Of a stretch of 64,000 nucleotides of DNA, positions 1 to 11,610 are shown piece after piece; the stretch's first letter is position 1, and each line of letters opens with the position of its first letter. The stretch is from Lama guanicoe. Taxonomy: Eukaryota. The stretch covers positions 1,800,001 to 1,864,000 of the forward strand of contig MU054338.1 in NCBI GenBank assembly GCA_013239625.1, written 5' to 3'. The notes beneath the pieces were generated by a model. That model made no database searches. It was given only the letters and a program-made list of their open reading frames with translations, and had not been told where the DNA came from. Both the position numbers and the translations under genes were made by a program.

Positions 1-354
1 CACGGCTAGTTAAGCAAGTGTACGCTTTAAAAGTTTTCTTTTAAAAAAAAAAAGGAAAAGGGCGAAAGGAATGTTGCCCCTGGGGCCCGATGACTGCCGG
101 TGATGAGAACTGGAGGGAAGCGCTGGGTCCGGTAGCGCGGAGCCCAGTGAGGAGGCTGCGGGGCTGCCGCCCCCCTCAGTGGAGGTACTGGCCCCGCAAG
201 TCCAGGTGATTCCCCCCATAGGCCCTCAGGGCAAAGGCAGGCTCACCCTGGGATGCCTCGGCCCCCAGCCTGGCCTCCGGGGCATACCGGCTGCCCATCT
301 GCTGTGCTCTGCCTTCTCGCCGTCAGGCAGTCCTTTCTCCTGAGAGCGGGGCTC

Positions 355-625
355 TGATGGCTGCACAGGATCGCGTCAGGCACCTGACCAGGCTGTACGG
401 CCATCACCACTGCCCGTCCTGGAACATCTCCATCGCCCCAGAAAGATCCTGCATGCCCCTTTGCAGTCACTCCCTCCTCCGCCTCCCCAGCCCCTGACAA
501 CCAGGCCCCTCCCTGTGTCTGCGGACTGGCCTGTTCTGGACGTCTCACATCCATGGACTCACACACTGTCCTTCTGTGTCTGCTTCTCTCACTGAGCATC
601 GTGCTCTCAGGGTCTGTCCCTGTGC
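355..625 (-). mobile_element. Old L1 (L1MB-like) 3' fragment, GC-shifted
   Basis: Recognisable antisense L1MB 3'-UTR motifs (CCCCAGCCCCTGACAACC...TTCTGGAC...CACTGAGCAT). Confidence 0.65.
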
Positions 626-934
626 TAAGATTTTCTCCTGTTTTTTCCCCCTAGTTTTGTAGGTTTAGCTCTCCTGTTTGGTGTCCTCCATTATGATTGA
701 GGGTAGGGGGTCACCCACTCACAGACCAGCAGCAGCTCAGGGCAAGTCGGCATGTGTCCATCTGCTGGCTGGAGCCCTCGTGCCCCTCAGCCCCATTCTC
801 GCCCCCTCACCTCTTCTCGCTTCTGCACCGTCAGCTCACGCATCCCTTCCCATTCCCGCAACACTCCTCTGCCAGCAACCCTCATGGCCCCTCGGTTCCC
901 TCAGGTGTTTTTTTTTTTTTTTTGTAATAAGGCA

Positions 935-1040
935 GCTTTTTATTTTTTATTATTATTTTTGATGGAGGTACCGGAGCTTGAACCCAGGACCTCGTGCATG
1001 CTAAACACATGCTCTACCACTGAGCTGTAACCTCCCCCCA
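935..1040 (-). mobile_element. tRNA-Ala-derived SINE (camelid vic-1 type)
   Basis: Reverse complement reads AGCTCAGTGGTAGAGCATGTGTTTAGCATGCACGAGGTCCTGGGTTCAAG plus an A-rich tail. Confidence 0.85.
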
Positions 1041-1732
1041 CCACAGGGCAGTCTTGATACAGTTGACTCTCATTGTCTGAGGCAGTTCTGTTTTCTAAAA
1101 TCACTGAGGACACTGAGCAAGGGAGGACATGGGGACCGGGCTCCTGTGAGCCACTGTCACCACACTGTCACAGCCGTTCCATCAGTGTCATGTGATTGTT
1201 CACTTCTGTTTAAAGACACCTTTTCTGCTGTGAGTTGTGGATTTCCTCACACTGAGCTCCTGGCTGGCAGGGCTGCAACTCTAGCCCAAACCAAGCTCAT
1301 CTGACACTTGGATTTTCTCAGAGGACAGCATCGCCCTCCTGCACGGGGGACACTGGCCAGTGGAAGAGGGGTGCATTTTAGATACAGAATCACCCACCAG
1401 AACAGAATCGGAAAGGTCAGGGTGCTCAGTAGACTGTGAAAAGGACGCTTGTTTGCAGTGAGCTGGAACCAGAGGTGGGCGTCGAATGACCCTGGCGCCA
1501 CCCGACGGGGCGAGTTCACACTCAGGCCTGGGGAGGACGCGCCGCGGGCGGCTCCTTGGCTGCAAGGCGGGGCTTCAGCTGCACCCCAGCGGTTATCCGG
1601 GGAAGAAGTGCCCAGGCACCGTCGTCCAGACTCCCGTCTCTGGGCCTTTTCCCTTGGGCGTACAGGGCTTTCTGAGGGCATTGGCTGCGTGGGTGGGGTC
1701 ACCGCCGCCGCAGCTCCGCCCCGCCCCCACAG

Positions 1733-1919
1733 GCAGAGTTCGCCATGTTCAGCGGGACGCATGTGGAGCGGGACTTCGTGGAGGCGCCTTCGCAGATGCT
1801 GGAGAACTGGGTGTGGGAGGCGGAGCCGCTGCTCCGGATGTCCCAGCACTACCGCACGGGCACTGCGCTCCCCCAGGAGCTGTTGGACAAGCTCATCAAG
1901 TCCCGGCAGGCCAACACCG
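1733..1919 (+). CDS. THOP1: Thimet oligopeptidase (M3 peptidase), internal coding exon; gene starts upstream of the window
   Basis: AG at 1731-1732 and GT at 1920-1921. Encodes [28 protein letters not shown]...RQANT, the segment after HEXXH that carries the third Zn-ligand Glu. Confidence 0.97.
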
Positions 1920-2194
1920 GTGCGCAGCGCCCGCCCCCCGTCACCCTGTGCCGCACCGCCCCTCCTCACCCCGCACCCCAACGCGCTTGCCTTCCATCGT
2001 GCCGCGCCCGCACTGCACCCGCCCCGTGGCACCTGCCCCGCGCGGTACTGCCTCTCACCTGCACCTGCACCCGCACCGCGCCCGCGAGAGCTCTGAGTAG
2101 GGGACCAGGGTGGAGGAGACCCCGCAGCCCCTGGGCCTTCTGGGTCCCCGTTGCCCCCGCTCACCGCTGGCTCGTGCCCCTTCCTCCTGCTCAG

Positions 2195-2323
2195 GCCTCT
2201 TCAACCTGCGCCAGATCGTCCTGGCCAAAGTGGACCAGGCCCTGCACACGCAGACGGCTGCAGACCCCGCCGAGGAGTACGCCCGCCTCTGCCAGGACAT
2301 CCTTGGGGTCCCAGCCACGCCAG
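2195..2323 (+). CDS. THOP1: Thimet oligopeptidase, coding exon
   Basis: AG 2193-2194, GT 2324-2325, phase 1-1; (G)[19 protein letters not shown]...ILGVPATP. Confidence 0.97.
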
Positions 2324-2984
2324 GTAGCTGCGCTCAAGCCGGGCCCACCTTAGAGCACAGGGTCAGGAGGGTCTGCTGGTGATGCGTTAAGGGGGACCAG
2401 TCTGCAGACTTCAGCCAAGGCCATGAGGAGGCACCCGACTTCTGGCCTCTTTCTGCTTTGGTTCCTGGGCGGGTTCCTCCAGCCCTGTGGTCTGGGGGCC
2501 ATGGTCGGGTCCCGGGGCAGGGGCGCCCTCCACAGGCGGCTTTGTGAAAAGCCCGGACGCGGCAGAAGAGATGAGAGGTTTCGCACCTGACCTAAAGGGG
2601 AGAGGAGGTTTGAACTAGCACACGTCGGCACAGATACACGGGCTGATAAAGTAGGAAGCCTTGCAGTGGTTCACCCCTTCATGAGCTTCTAGAAAGTTCC
2701 TTCAGGAGCGCTGTAGCCAGCGCAGGCTCCTTGTTAAGGGCCAGCCCCACCTGCTCAGTGTGAGCAGCTGACCTGATGGGTGAGACACTCTGGGGTGAAG
2801 CTCCCTGGGCTTCAGCAGGAAGTGGGCAGAGCTTCACTTTCTGCGGCCACGTTCCCTCAAGGCCCCTGGTCTCTAGATATGTCGGGCCAGCTCCCTCTTC
2901 TGGTGGGGGGTTCTGATGGGGCTGCTTTGAGGCCTCCTCCCTTGGGAAGGGGCCGCAGCGAGAGCCTGTCCACGTCTGTCCCAG

Positions 2985-3121
2985 GGACCAACATGCCTGC
3001 GACCTTCGGCCACCTGGCGGGTGGCTACGATGCTCAGTACTATGGCTACCTGTGGAGCGAGGTGTACTCTGCTGACATGTTCCACACACGCTTCAAACAG
3101 GAGGGCATCCTGAGTGGCAAG
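2985..3121 (+). CDS. THOP1: Thimet oligopeptidase, penultimate coding exon
   Basis: AG 2983-2984, GT 3122-3123; (G)TNMPATFGHLAGGYDAQYYGYLWSEVYS...ILSGK, the conserved M3 substrate-binding loop. Confidence 0.97.
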
Positions 3122-3412
3122 GTGGGAGGCCGGCCTGGACCCACGTGCCTGTGCAGCTGCGTGGGGTGGGGCACCCCTGGACCCTCCGGGGTGGGGGGCC
3201 ACGCTGGCCAGGGCTCCAACCCCTGTGCAGGTGAAGGTCCCCTGAGGATTTGTGAAGGATGGGGTTCCTACCTCACATGCTCGTGCGTCCCCCACCCCGC
3301 ACATCCCCATCCTGGTGTCTGGGTGTGCTCCCCTCTCCGGATGCTGCCCTGCCCCTTGGAGCGGGGGAGGGGACTCTGGGACCCTCCTCCAGCCCCGCCC
3401 CCGCCTCAGCAG

Positions 3413-3568
3413 GTCGGCATGGACTACAGAAGCTGCATTCTGAGACCCGGTGGCTCCGAGGATGCCAGCGTCATGTTGAAGCTCTTCCTAGGTCGCGACC
3501 CCAAGCAGGACGCCTTCCTACTGAGCAAAGGGCTGCAGGTTGAGGGCTGTGAGCCACCGGCCTGCTGA
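3413..3568 (+). CDS. THOP1: Thimet oligopeptidase, last coding exon
   Basis: CAGCAG acceptor 3407-3412; VGMDYRSCILRPGGSEDAS...GLQVEGCEPPAC, TGA 3566-3568. Confidence 0.97.
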   Translation, partial: VGMDYRSCILRPGGSEDASVMLKLFLGRDPKQDAFLLSKGLQVEGCEPPAC

Positions 3569-3862
3569 CGGCGCAGGTTCTGCCCATCCCTGCGGGCTGG
3601 ACCTGGCTCCCTGGCCCTGGTGCCTTAGCGCCCAGCCGGAAGCAGGGCGGAAAGTGGGGGCCTCCAGCCTGGTGACAGGTCGAGGGAGGGCTACATGTCC
3701 CGCTACTCTCCACGGTACCCCCAGCGGCTGCCCGGGGCGGAAAGGTCTCCGCCTGAGGCGTCTGGGGAGCCTCGTGTCCATTCAGGGCTCCTGTTTGTTG
3801 CACTAACGCGGCCCCTTCCCGGGGAGTTTTCCTAGTTAAGAAACCGTTCTTGAAATGCAGCC

Positions 3863-3868
3863 ATTAAA
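3863..3868 (+). terminator. Candidate THOP1 polyadenylation signal ATTAAA (second copy at 3957-3962)
   Basis: ATTAAA hexamer about 300 nt after the stop, followed by T/GT-rich sequence. Confidence 0.55.
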
Positions 3869-5879
3869 AAATGACTCCTGGTCTGGTCTCTGACTCCCTT
3901 CTACCACAGGGGAGTGGCATGTTGGCTGTCACCCTGGAACGAGTTCTGGTGTTTCCATTAAACCTTGACCTTGGTCGGGGATCGGGTGCCTGGCAGGTGA
4001 AGGCTTCTCCTTTGGGCTGGAGTGGTCTGGATGGTGACACGTTTGGGTCACTGGGAGATGGCTGAACTGTGGAGGGAGTTCTTCCAGGTGGTGGAGACAG
4101 TGGTGCCAGCCTGCTAGGATTGCTCCCCAAGGTGCCTGTCTCCTGCCAGCTTCTCACCTGTCACTGTTCTGGAACCACCCCACCTCGTCCTTGTGGTGCT
4201 GGCTGGTGTGAATGCCCTCAGGCCGCACTCCTCTCCTGAGCCTGGCACCCATCTTTGGGATTGTGACAGACGGGGTGTGGCCTTGATGAGTGGGTGCAGC
4301 TGAGGGAAGCCGGGCTGTGGCTTTCCTGCCCCTGGACCTGCTCGCACGGCTGCGCCTGCCCTCCGCTCGCAGCTGGCTGGCTCCCTCTGGCTGTTGGCAG
4401 CCTGGTGAAGCCTGGACCACGGCAAGGGGCTGCCTTCTGGGTCCTGGTGATTCTGCAGGACGGCCTTGGTGACGTTACCTGGCCCTGGTGGGAGTTAGGA
4501 AAGGGCTCTTCGCTCAGGCAAGGGGGTGGGTGCCCGCTTCGCCTGGTCTGGGCCATCTGTCCTGTGCTTCCTTCCCTGACTTCCAGCCTCTCCAGTCTTT
4601 CCCCCTGAGGCCTGGGCGGGCAGGCCGTGGGGCCCCCGGCTTCCCCTCTGCTGCCCCCTCACCCACCCCGTGCTGGCGGCCGTGGCCTGGGCTGTGGGGT
4701 CGGTCCCTCGCAGACCCGGCTCAGCTTCCTGCCCCAGTGTCTGCACCTTCTAAACAGGTGTTCCCAGTGGTGCTGTGGCCCAGGGCTGGGGGTTGCGTGC
4801 CCCATTGCCAGAAGGGCGTGCTGAAAGGCTGTGTTGATGCTGGAGTCACCCAGGGCTTGAACCACAACCAGCCTTCTGTCTGGCCACTTCCTGAGGTGGA
4901 TGGGTGCTGGGGGTCTGGGAGCCCTTGTCTTCTCCTGTACCAAGCCCCCAGATGGGTGCCATCTGGTCCCCATGCAGAATCCAGATGTGGTATTGGCACC
5001 CCTAGCTGTGCTCCAGGCAGTCAGGGGGCTGCAGGCCATAGGCTTGTGGGTCACAGGGTTCCTGCGTGGGCAGGTCAGGTCTGCGAGGGTGAGTCCTGGC
5101 GCCAGTCTTCAGCCTTCTTTCCCCAGACTCCGGGCCCAGGGTCCAGTCAATGCCGGCTGGAGGTTTTTGCTTGCTCTCCACAGCTCCTGCCCTGGCATGA
5201 GCCCCAGATTCACGCTGAGCTCAGCTGTCTGGGGCCCAGACTTCCTGGCAGCTGGTTCCTGTGTGTCTTTGGTCATTGATGGACTTGAAGTAGGGGCCCA
5301 GCCTCTGGGGTGGGGACCCTGTGCCTCATGGAGACTATTGCTCTCAGAACACCAAGGAGGTGGCGGGGACAGCGGGCGCTGGGGTCCTGCTGGTGTGTGT
5401 GGTTGCCAGGGTAGCCAGAGCAGCCTCGTGCAGTAGGCTTGCAGTCTCACCAGAAACATGAAATATGTCCTAGGAGACCCCAGGGGTCAGGAAGTCCCTG
5501 GCTTTTCTCTGTTGACTGTGAGCGACAGGCGGGCTTGGTTAGGCGTAGATGGACTCTACGAAGGTTCTTTACGTGGCCAAAGCGTCGGCCACAAGCATTT
5601 CCTTTTTATTAAAAAAAAATTACTTCCCAAGGTGGCTGAAATTTTCTCGGAATAATACTTACAAAATATAATGGGAAAGATAGAAAACTATGAGTAGAAA
5701 ATAATTAGTTGCAGAAAAAAAAAGCCCAACAGATTTGTCAAAGAACTAATTCGCAAATGTTAGGTCCAGGTAAGTTTATGTTTTAGTTCTGAGGAAACAC
5801 CAACCCCGACTGCAGGTGAGCTGTTCCCGGTGGCAGTGGGAGAGGTCCAGATGACAAATCCTTTTCCAGTAATAATAAC

Positions 5880-6110
5880 AGTTGTATTGTTATGTCATAG
5901 TAAATGCCACACACTAAGTTTAGCACTATCATTGGACCAGGCTGGTTTAATTCTCCCAGTAACCATGAGATGTATGCAGCCTTATTTTATTATCCCTATT
6001 TGATAAATTTGATGAATGAGGCTTAGTGATGCTCAGTACTTTGACCAGGGCAGTGCAACCGTGAGTGGAGAACCTAAGGTGTAAAATCAGTTCGAGACAC
6101 CAGAGACCAG
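5880..6110 (-). mobile_element. MIR SINE
   Basis: Degenerate core ATTATCCCTATTTGATAAAT...GAGGCTTAG. Confidence 0.6.
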
Positions 6111-6889
6111 GCTCTCAGCACAGACCCACACTCTCCCCATCAGAACCAAATTCATCCAACCATCAGAGCCTTCTACCTGATGTTTATTCTACCCAAAAGC
6201 CCCTTGAAGACTAGATTCCCAGCCAGGGCTTTGAAGCAAGCAAGACAGAACTCTGGAGAAAGGACCCTAGTCCATTTTGCCCAAGCACCCTTTGTCAGAT
6301 GACAAAGTCACAATCAGAACATCACAGAAAACACCATCAAGTGCCAACAGGTCGTCAGCTGTAACGGGGGAAGCAGTGTCAACTTCTCTCCATTCTCTGG
6401 ACACTTCATTTCTTCTCGAAGAGAAAACGTGTAGAAGGCTTGGGCTACTGCATACACGGTGCTATATAGAGAGAAAGAGAAAGAATCAGGGAAGAGAGAA
6501 AACGCATCACAGCTTGGATCCAGTAGTAACAACAGTAATATATATAATAAATGCTCATGTAACTTATTAATAAACATTAAATGATTACATTTACCATATA
6601 TACTAATTATGTTACCATCTTGTATTAAAAATATATTACTAACCTATAATACATACATTTTTAATCTTTTCCTTTTTTTAGTCTTTTTTCAATCTTTTTT
6701 TTCTATAATATATACTGTGGCAGTTTTATTATTTAATAGGATATTATTAACAAGTATATTATTACTGATAACTAAGCACCATTAAAACAACCTCACTAAG
6801 TATACAATGACTTACACATTTATTAGTTTGTTGGTAGTAATTGTTTTAATGGCAAATCATTATGTCCCTGTCATCGTGCTAAACATGCT

Positions 6890-7330
6890 GTGTTTTCTCG
6901 CTCAGTGAGAGGCCGCGCGTGCGCTCGGAGCCCGGAGGGCGTGCTCCGCCGCAGGAGGCAGCTCAGGCCTGTGGAGACACCTCCCGCCGGGAGAGGGTGC
7001 TGTGACTTAACTCGCGGGCCCCGGGGGGATAGGGACCCCAGCGCTGCGCCCGGGGCCTGCTGGGACTTGTAGTTCGCGGGCTCGCGGCGCGCAGGCGTAC
7101 TGCCGAGCCCGTCCTGGCGCGCGTCCGGGGGCGGCGGCTGCGGCGTGAGTTAACGGGGGGCGCGGGCGGGCGGAATGGCTGGGCGCCCGCAGCACGCGCT
7201 GCACCGAGCGCCTCCGCCGTGGCGGGCCCCGGGGGGACCCGGCGGCACCTGAGCGCTGCGCTGCGCGTCCCCTGCGCTCGACCTCTGCCCTCCCTGGGAT
7301 TGATTTCCCTTTTCCCCGCCAGGAAGTCCT
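6890..7330 (+). promoter_or_regulatory. ZNF554: CpG island promoter and non-coding first exon of ZNF554
   Basis: Dense CpG. ZNF143/THAP11-type motif ACTACAAGTCCCAGCAGGC on the minus strand at 7055-7073, NRF1-like GCGCAGGCGT near 7089, donor GTGAGT at 7145-7150. Confidence 0.8.
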
Positions 7331-7589
7331 CATCAGGCCTTTCTTGGGGAGGAAAGATGAGTTTTAGTGTTTTGATACTGAAAGAGAAGACCCTGAACCA
7401 GGTGCCACAGGCCAGGGTGAATGAGGGTCTAACGGGATCGGTGGCATCAACCACGAGGGAGGGATCCAGTGAGCCACCTAAGGGTGGGAGAGGATTGGTC
7501 CGGAAGAGCTAGGAAGGGTCTGGGGGTCCTGGACTCATTGCCGTGAGCTGCAATTTAAAGTCCCAAGAGCAGAGAGACCAAGGTGTCAC

Positions 7590-7909
7590 AGGGTCCCGCT
7601 GCCTCTGAAAGGGGAGGGTGCTTCCTGCCTCTTCCAGCCTCTGCTGGTGGCCGCCAGCCCTTGGTGGCCCCTGGCTTGCAGGTGCATCACTGCAGTGTCT
7701 GCCTCTGGGTCCCGTGGCCCTCTCCCCGTGTGTCTGTCTCTTTGAAGGACCCCAGTCATAGTGGATGTAGGGCCCGCTCTGCTCTGGTATGACCTCTTCT
7801 TAACTAATTACCGCTGCAGACATCCTGTTTGCAAATCAGGTCACATTCACAGCTACTGGGGGTCAGGACTTGAACGTTTCTTTTCGGGAACATGATTCAG
7901 CCCCCAACA
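7590..7909 (-). mobile_element. MaLR MLT1-type LTR
   Basis: TGACCTCTTCTTAACTAATTAC...GGTCACATTCACAG...TTCAGCCCCCAACA. Confidence 0.75.
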
Positions 7910-8369
7910 GTCTTATCACCAGCAGATGTTTCCCCAGGGTAAAATTATTGCGTGTCCTAGAGATGTAGCTGATGCAACCGTGAGGCTTAGCCAGGCACAG
8001 CGTTGTCACCCACTGCTCGAACCACCCAAGTTGAGTGAGTCAGAGATGCTCTCGGGAAAAGCATTTGCATCACATCTTTTCTGGTCCCTCATCTGGGAGC
8101 TCAGTGGAAGTGGCTGTCATTTTTTTATTTTTATACTTTTGTTCTATTTTATCTTGATTTATGCTGTTTACAAGAGAAGCTGACTGTGCATCACGTCTCC
8201 CCTGATACGTCTCATGAGCCCAAGTCCTTTTTGGTGCCTTGGCATCTTTTGGATGTCTGTCCTTGCTGGCTTTTTGCTATGTACTTACACATACATGTAT
8301 CTATGTATCATGTAGATCTGTAGGTAAGTATCATGTTGGTTTCAGGTTTTGTTAGTTTTATTACTTTTT

Positions 8370-9175
8370 GTAACAGGTTTATTGGGCTGTAACTCACATA
8401 CCATACAGTTCATTCATTTAAAGTATGAAATTTAATGCTTTGTAGTATACTCACAGAGTTTTGCAACCATTATGTCTAGCTAACATTTCATCACCTCAAA
8501 GGGAAACCCCACGCCCAATAGCAATCACCCCCCCAGCCCCTGACAGCCAGGAGCCCCCTCCCTGTGTCTGTGGACTGGCCTGTTCTGGACGCCTCACATC
8601 CATGGACTCACACACTGTGTGTCCTTCTGTGTCTGCTTCTCTCCCTGAGCACTGTGCTCTCAGGGCCCGTCCACGTGGTGGCGGGTGTCAGGGCTGCTCT
8701 CCTGGTCACGGCCGGATAATTTTCCATTGTGTGGCTATGCCACGTGGTCTCTATGCATTCCTCACTTGATGGGCATTTGGGTTGTTTCCACCTTTTGGCT
8801 GTTGTGGGTTTTACTGCTGTGAACATGGGCATACGGGCTGTGTGTAGATGTGTTTTTTTCATTTCTTTGGGGGAGAGATGTAGGAGTGGAGTTGGCTCCT
8901 GTGAAAACTGTAATAATTTAAGGAACTGCCAGACTTTTTTACGGTGGCTGCACCGTTTTCCACTGCCACACACCGTGTGTGAGGGTTTCGTTTCCTTCCC
9001 ATTCTTGAAAAACACTCATGATTATCTGTCTTTTTGATTCTAGCCATCCTGGTGGAGGTGAGATGCTACCTCACTGTGGCTTTGGTTTGCATTTCCCTAG
9101 TCACTGGTGACATGAGCATCGTTCCATGTGCTTATTTGCCATTTGTGTATCATCTTTGGAGACATGTCTGTTCTT
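8370..9175 (-). mobile_element. Old L1 (L1MB-like) 3' region
   Basis: Antisense ORF2 C-terminal relic (MFTAV..TTAKRWKQPKCPS) and 3'-UTR motifs. Confidence 0.85.
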
Positions 9176-9324
9176 TAAATGAGCTTTTTATTTTGAAATA
9201 ATTGTACATTTACAGAAGAGTTGCCAGAATGGAATGGGAAGTTGCCATGTACTTTCACACAGCTTCTCCTCAGCCAGTGTTCTCAGTTTTTGTTCTCTTT
9301 TTACTATTTTTTTTAAACCTTTAA

Positions 9325-9725
9325 TTTTTTTAGATTGAGGTATAGTCAGTTTACAATGTTGTGTCAGTTTCTGGTGTGTACAGCATGTTTCACTCATACG
9401 TACACATACATGTATTCCTTTCCATTATAGGTGACCACAAGATACTGACTATAGATCCCTGTGCTGTACAGAAGAAACTTGTTGTTTATCTGTTTTATGA
9501 ACAGTAGTCAGTATCTGCAAACCTCGAACTCCCAATTCATCCCTTCCTACCCGTTTACCCCCTGGTAACCATAAGTTTGCTCTGTCTGGGAGTCTGTTTC
9601 TGTTTTGTAAATGAGTTCATTTGTGTCCTTTTTTTAGATTACACCTACAAATGATATCATCTGGTATTTTTCTTTCTGTTTCTGGCTTACTTCACTTAGA
9701 ATGATGATCTCTAGGTCCATCCATG
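9325..9725 (-). mobile_element. Younger lineage L1 3'-UTR fragment
   Basis: Shares GTCAGTTTCTGGTGTGTACAG and CCTGGTAACCATAAGTTTG with copies at 23170, 60605 and 61815. Confidence 0.8.
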
Positions 9726-10291
9726 TAAAACTTTACATTTTTAATGAATTATAGACTCAGGAGAAGTTGCAAAGACAGGGCAAAGTCCCGCGTGCCCGCC
9801 TCCCACCCCCCACGGTGGCAGCTCCTATAACAATGGAAACTGGCGAGGGCTCTCCCTGAAGTGACTTAGCAGTGTTTTTCCAAAACACAATGCAAAGATG
9901 AACTTGAGAGCCCAAAAGTCAAGGCATATTTGGGACGAGAGCTCAAAGGGGCTTGGCTAACGCTTGCTCAAGGACAAAGTCCTGTCACCGTGCAGGGTTC
10001 CAGAATCAACACAGCCCAGATCCCCCTGGAACTCTCTCCCTGGAAGGAAGGGGAGCCCCTAGGTATGGGGGGGCTCAGGTTTCCCCACGGGCCTTCAGGG
10101 CCACGTGCTGCTGCTGCTCCTAAGGTGGGAGAGACCCATCTGGATCCTCCCCACTACAGCACCCAGCAGTTGGGCAGAAGAGTCCGGGGGAGAAGGAGCC
10201 GGCCGTGGGGAGAGAGGAAGCTCACTGATGCAGGGGTGGGGGCGCTTCCAGGGGTCTGAACAGAGCCTTCCCGGATGTGGGTCTGGGACGT

Positions 10292-10698
10292 TGTACTGGG
10301 GTTGAATTGTGTCCCCCCCAAAATTCATGTTGCTACCTGGAAACTCAGAATGTGACCCTATTCAGAAAGAGTCTTTGTAGATCTGAGTGGTTAAGATGAG
10401 GTCATACTGGAGCCGGGGTCAGGGGGGTCCCTAATCCAGTGACTGATGTCCTGATTAGAAGAGGAAAGAGACACACAGAAAAGATGGCCACTTGAAGGGG
10501 AGGCAGAGTGATGGGGCCACAAGCTGAGGGTGCCTGGAGCCCCCACAAGCTGGAAGAAGCAGGACTCCAGGGGGACTTGGCCCTGTCACCCCTTGATCTC
10601 GGACTTCCAGCCTCTAGAACTGGGAGAAAATTAATTTCTGTTGTTCTAAGCCCCTAGTATGTGGTCATTTGTTACAGCCGCCCCAGGACGCTGATACA
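10292..10698 (+). mobile_element. MaLR MLT1-type solo LTR
   Basis: TG...GTTGAATTGTGTCCCCCCAAAATTCAT...GTTAAGATGAGGTCATACTGGA...CTGATACA. Confidence 0.85.
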
Positions 10699-10945
10699 GA
10701 GTGCTTCACCATAGAACTTGTGTGCTTCCAAGACCCTCAGTATCTTCATCTACAAATGGAACCATTAAGACCCCGGCCTCTTCTGGCTTCCGAGGACCAT
10801 CCTCTGGGCGGGGGAGGTCACGTCAAGTGGGGAGGGGATTCTGGGATTTGGGGACAGGCTGGATCTGGTCCTCACTCTGCCTTTGTGTCCCCACCCCTCC
10901 GCAGCCCCACCTGCCAGGAGCCTGCTTCGTGCCCAGGAGGAGAGG

Positions 10946-10978
10946 ATGGCTGCAGGGCACCTGCTCCCCTGGCCCCAG
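10946..10978 (+). CDS. ZNF554: ZNF554 first coding segment (exon 10905-10978)
   Basis: AG 10903-10904; aggATGg Kozak; MAAGHLLPWPQ then GTAAGT; resembles human QEERMAAGYLPRWSQ (recalled). Confidence 0.85.
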
Positions 10979-11249
10979 GTAAGTGCGAGCTTCCTCCTCC
11001 CCTGGAAGACATCCTTTGGGTCTGGAGGGAGCTCGCCTGCCCGAGCCCGAGCCCCTTTTGCTGTGTGGGAAGGGTGGGAGGAGTCCCCAAGAGTATCTGG
11101 GCTCAAGCCCTTGGGCTTTTCCAAAGATGTGCGCCGTATCCCTGCCTGAGGGCTGTGCTTCCTTCTGAGGGCGCTGCCTGAATGCCTCAGAACTTCCCCC
11201 ATGATGGGGCTGCCCCAAGGCACTGTCCCCTCTAACGTATGTGTATATT

Positions 11250-11610
11250 TAAAATTGTAATGAAATACACATAACATAAAATGCACCATCTTAACCATTT
11301 TAAAGTGCACGGCACAGTAGCATTAAGCACATTCACATTGTTGTGCAGCCATCTCCACCATCATCTCCAGGACTTTCTCGTCTTCCCAAACCGAAGCTCT
11401 GTCCCCACGAAACCCTCACTCCCCAGCCCCTCCCCCAGCCCTGGCCCCACCGTCCTACTTCCTGTCTCTGTGGATGTGACTCCTCCGGGGACCTCCTGTG
11501 AGTGGGATCACACAGCATGTATCCTTCTGTGCCGGGTTCTCTCCCTGAGCATCACGTCCTCGAGGTCCATGCACGTTGCAGTGTCAGTGTCTCCTTCCTT
11601 TTGAAGGCTG
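11250..11610 (-). mobile_element. Old L1 (L1MB-like) 3' end
   Basis: CATAACATAAAATGCACCATCTTAACCATTTTAAAGTG...CATTCACATTGTTGTGCAGCCAT. Confidence 0.8.

Noticed and set aside
964..1040. tRNA-like sequences here and at five other sites
   Set aside because: A-rich tails, TSDs and degenerate stems mark them as SINEs, not tRNA genes.
1247..2164. 305-aa minus ORF and other long ORFs over THOP1
   Set aside because: GC-rich, stop-poor frames overlapping real THOP1 exons, with no recognisable domain.
1920..2194. GCACC/CCGCAC-rich degenerate repeat in a THOP1 intron
   Set aside because: Looks like ordinary low-complexity slippage, with no stable unit or evidence of function.
4488..5436. 263-aa and 178-aa ORFs downstream of THOP1
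   Set aside because: P/G/A/W-rich translations typical of GC-rich non-coding DNA; no exon structure or known motif.
6530..6870. AT-rich tract before the ZNF554 promoter (similar tract at 12050-12200)
   Set aside because: Low-complexity TAT/AAT sequence with no identifiable structure.
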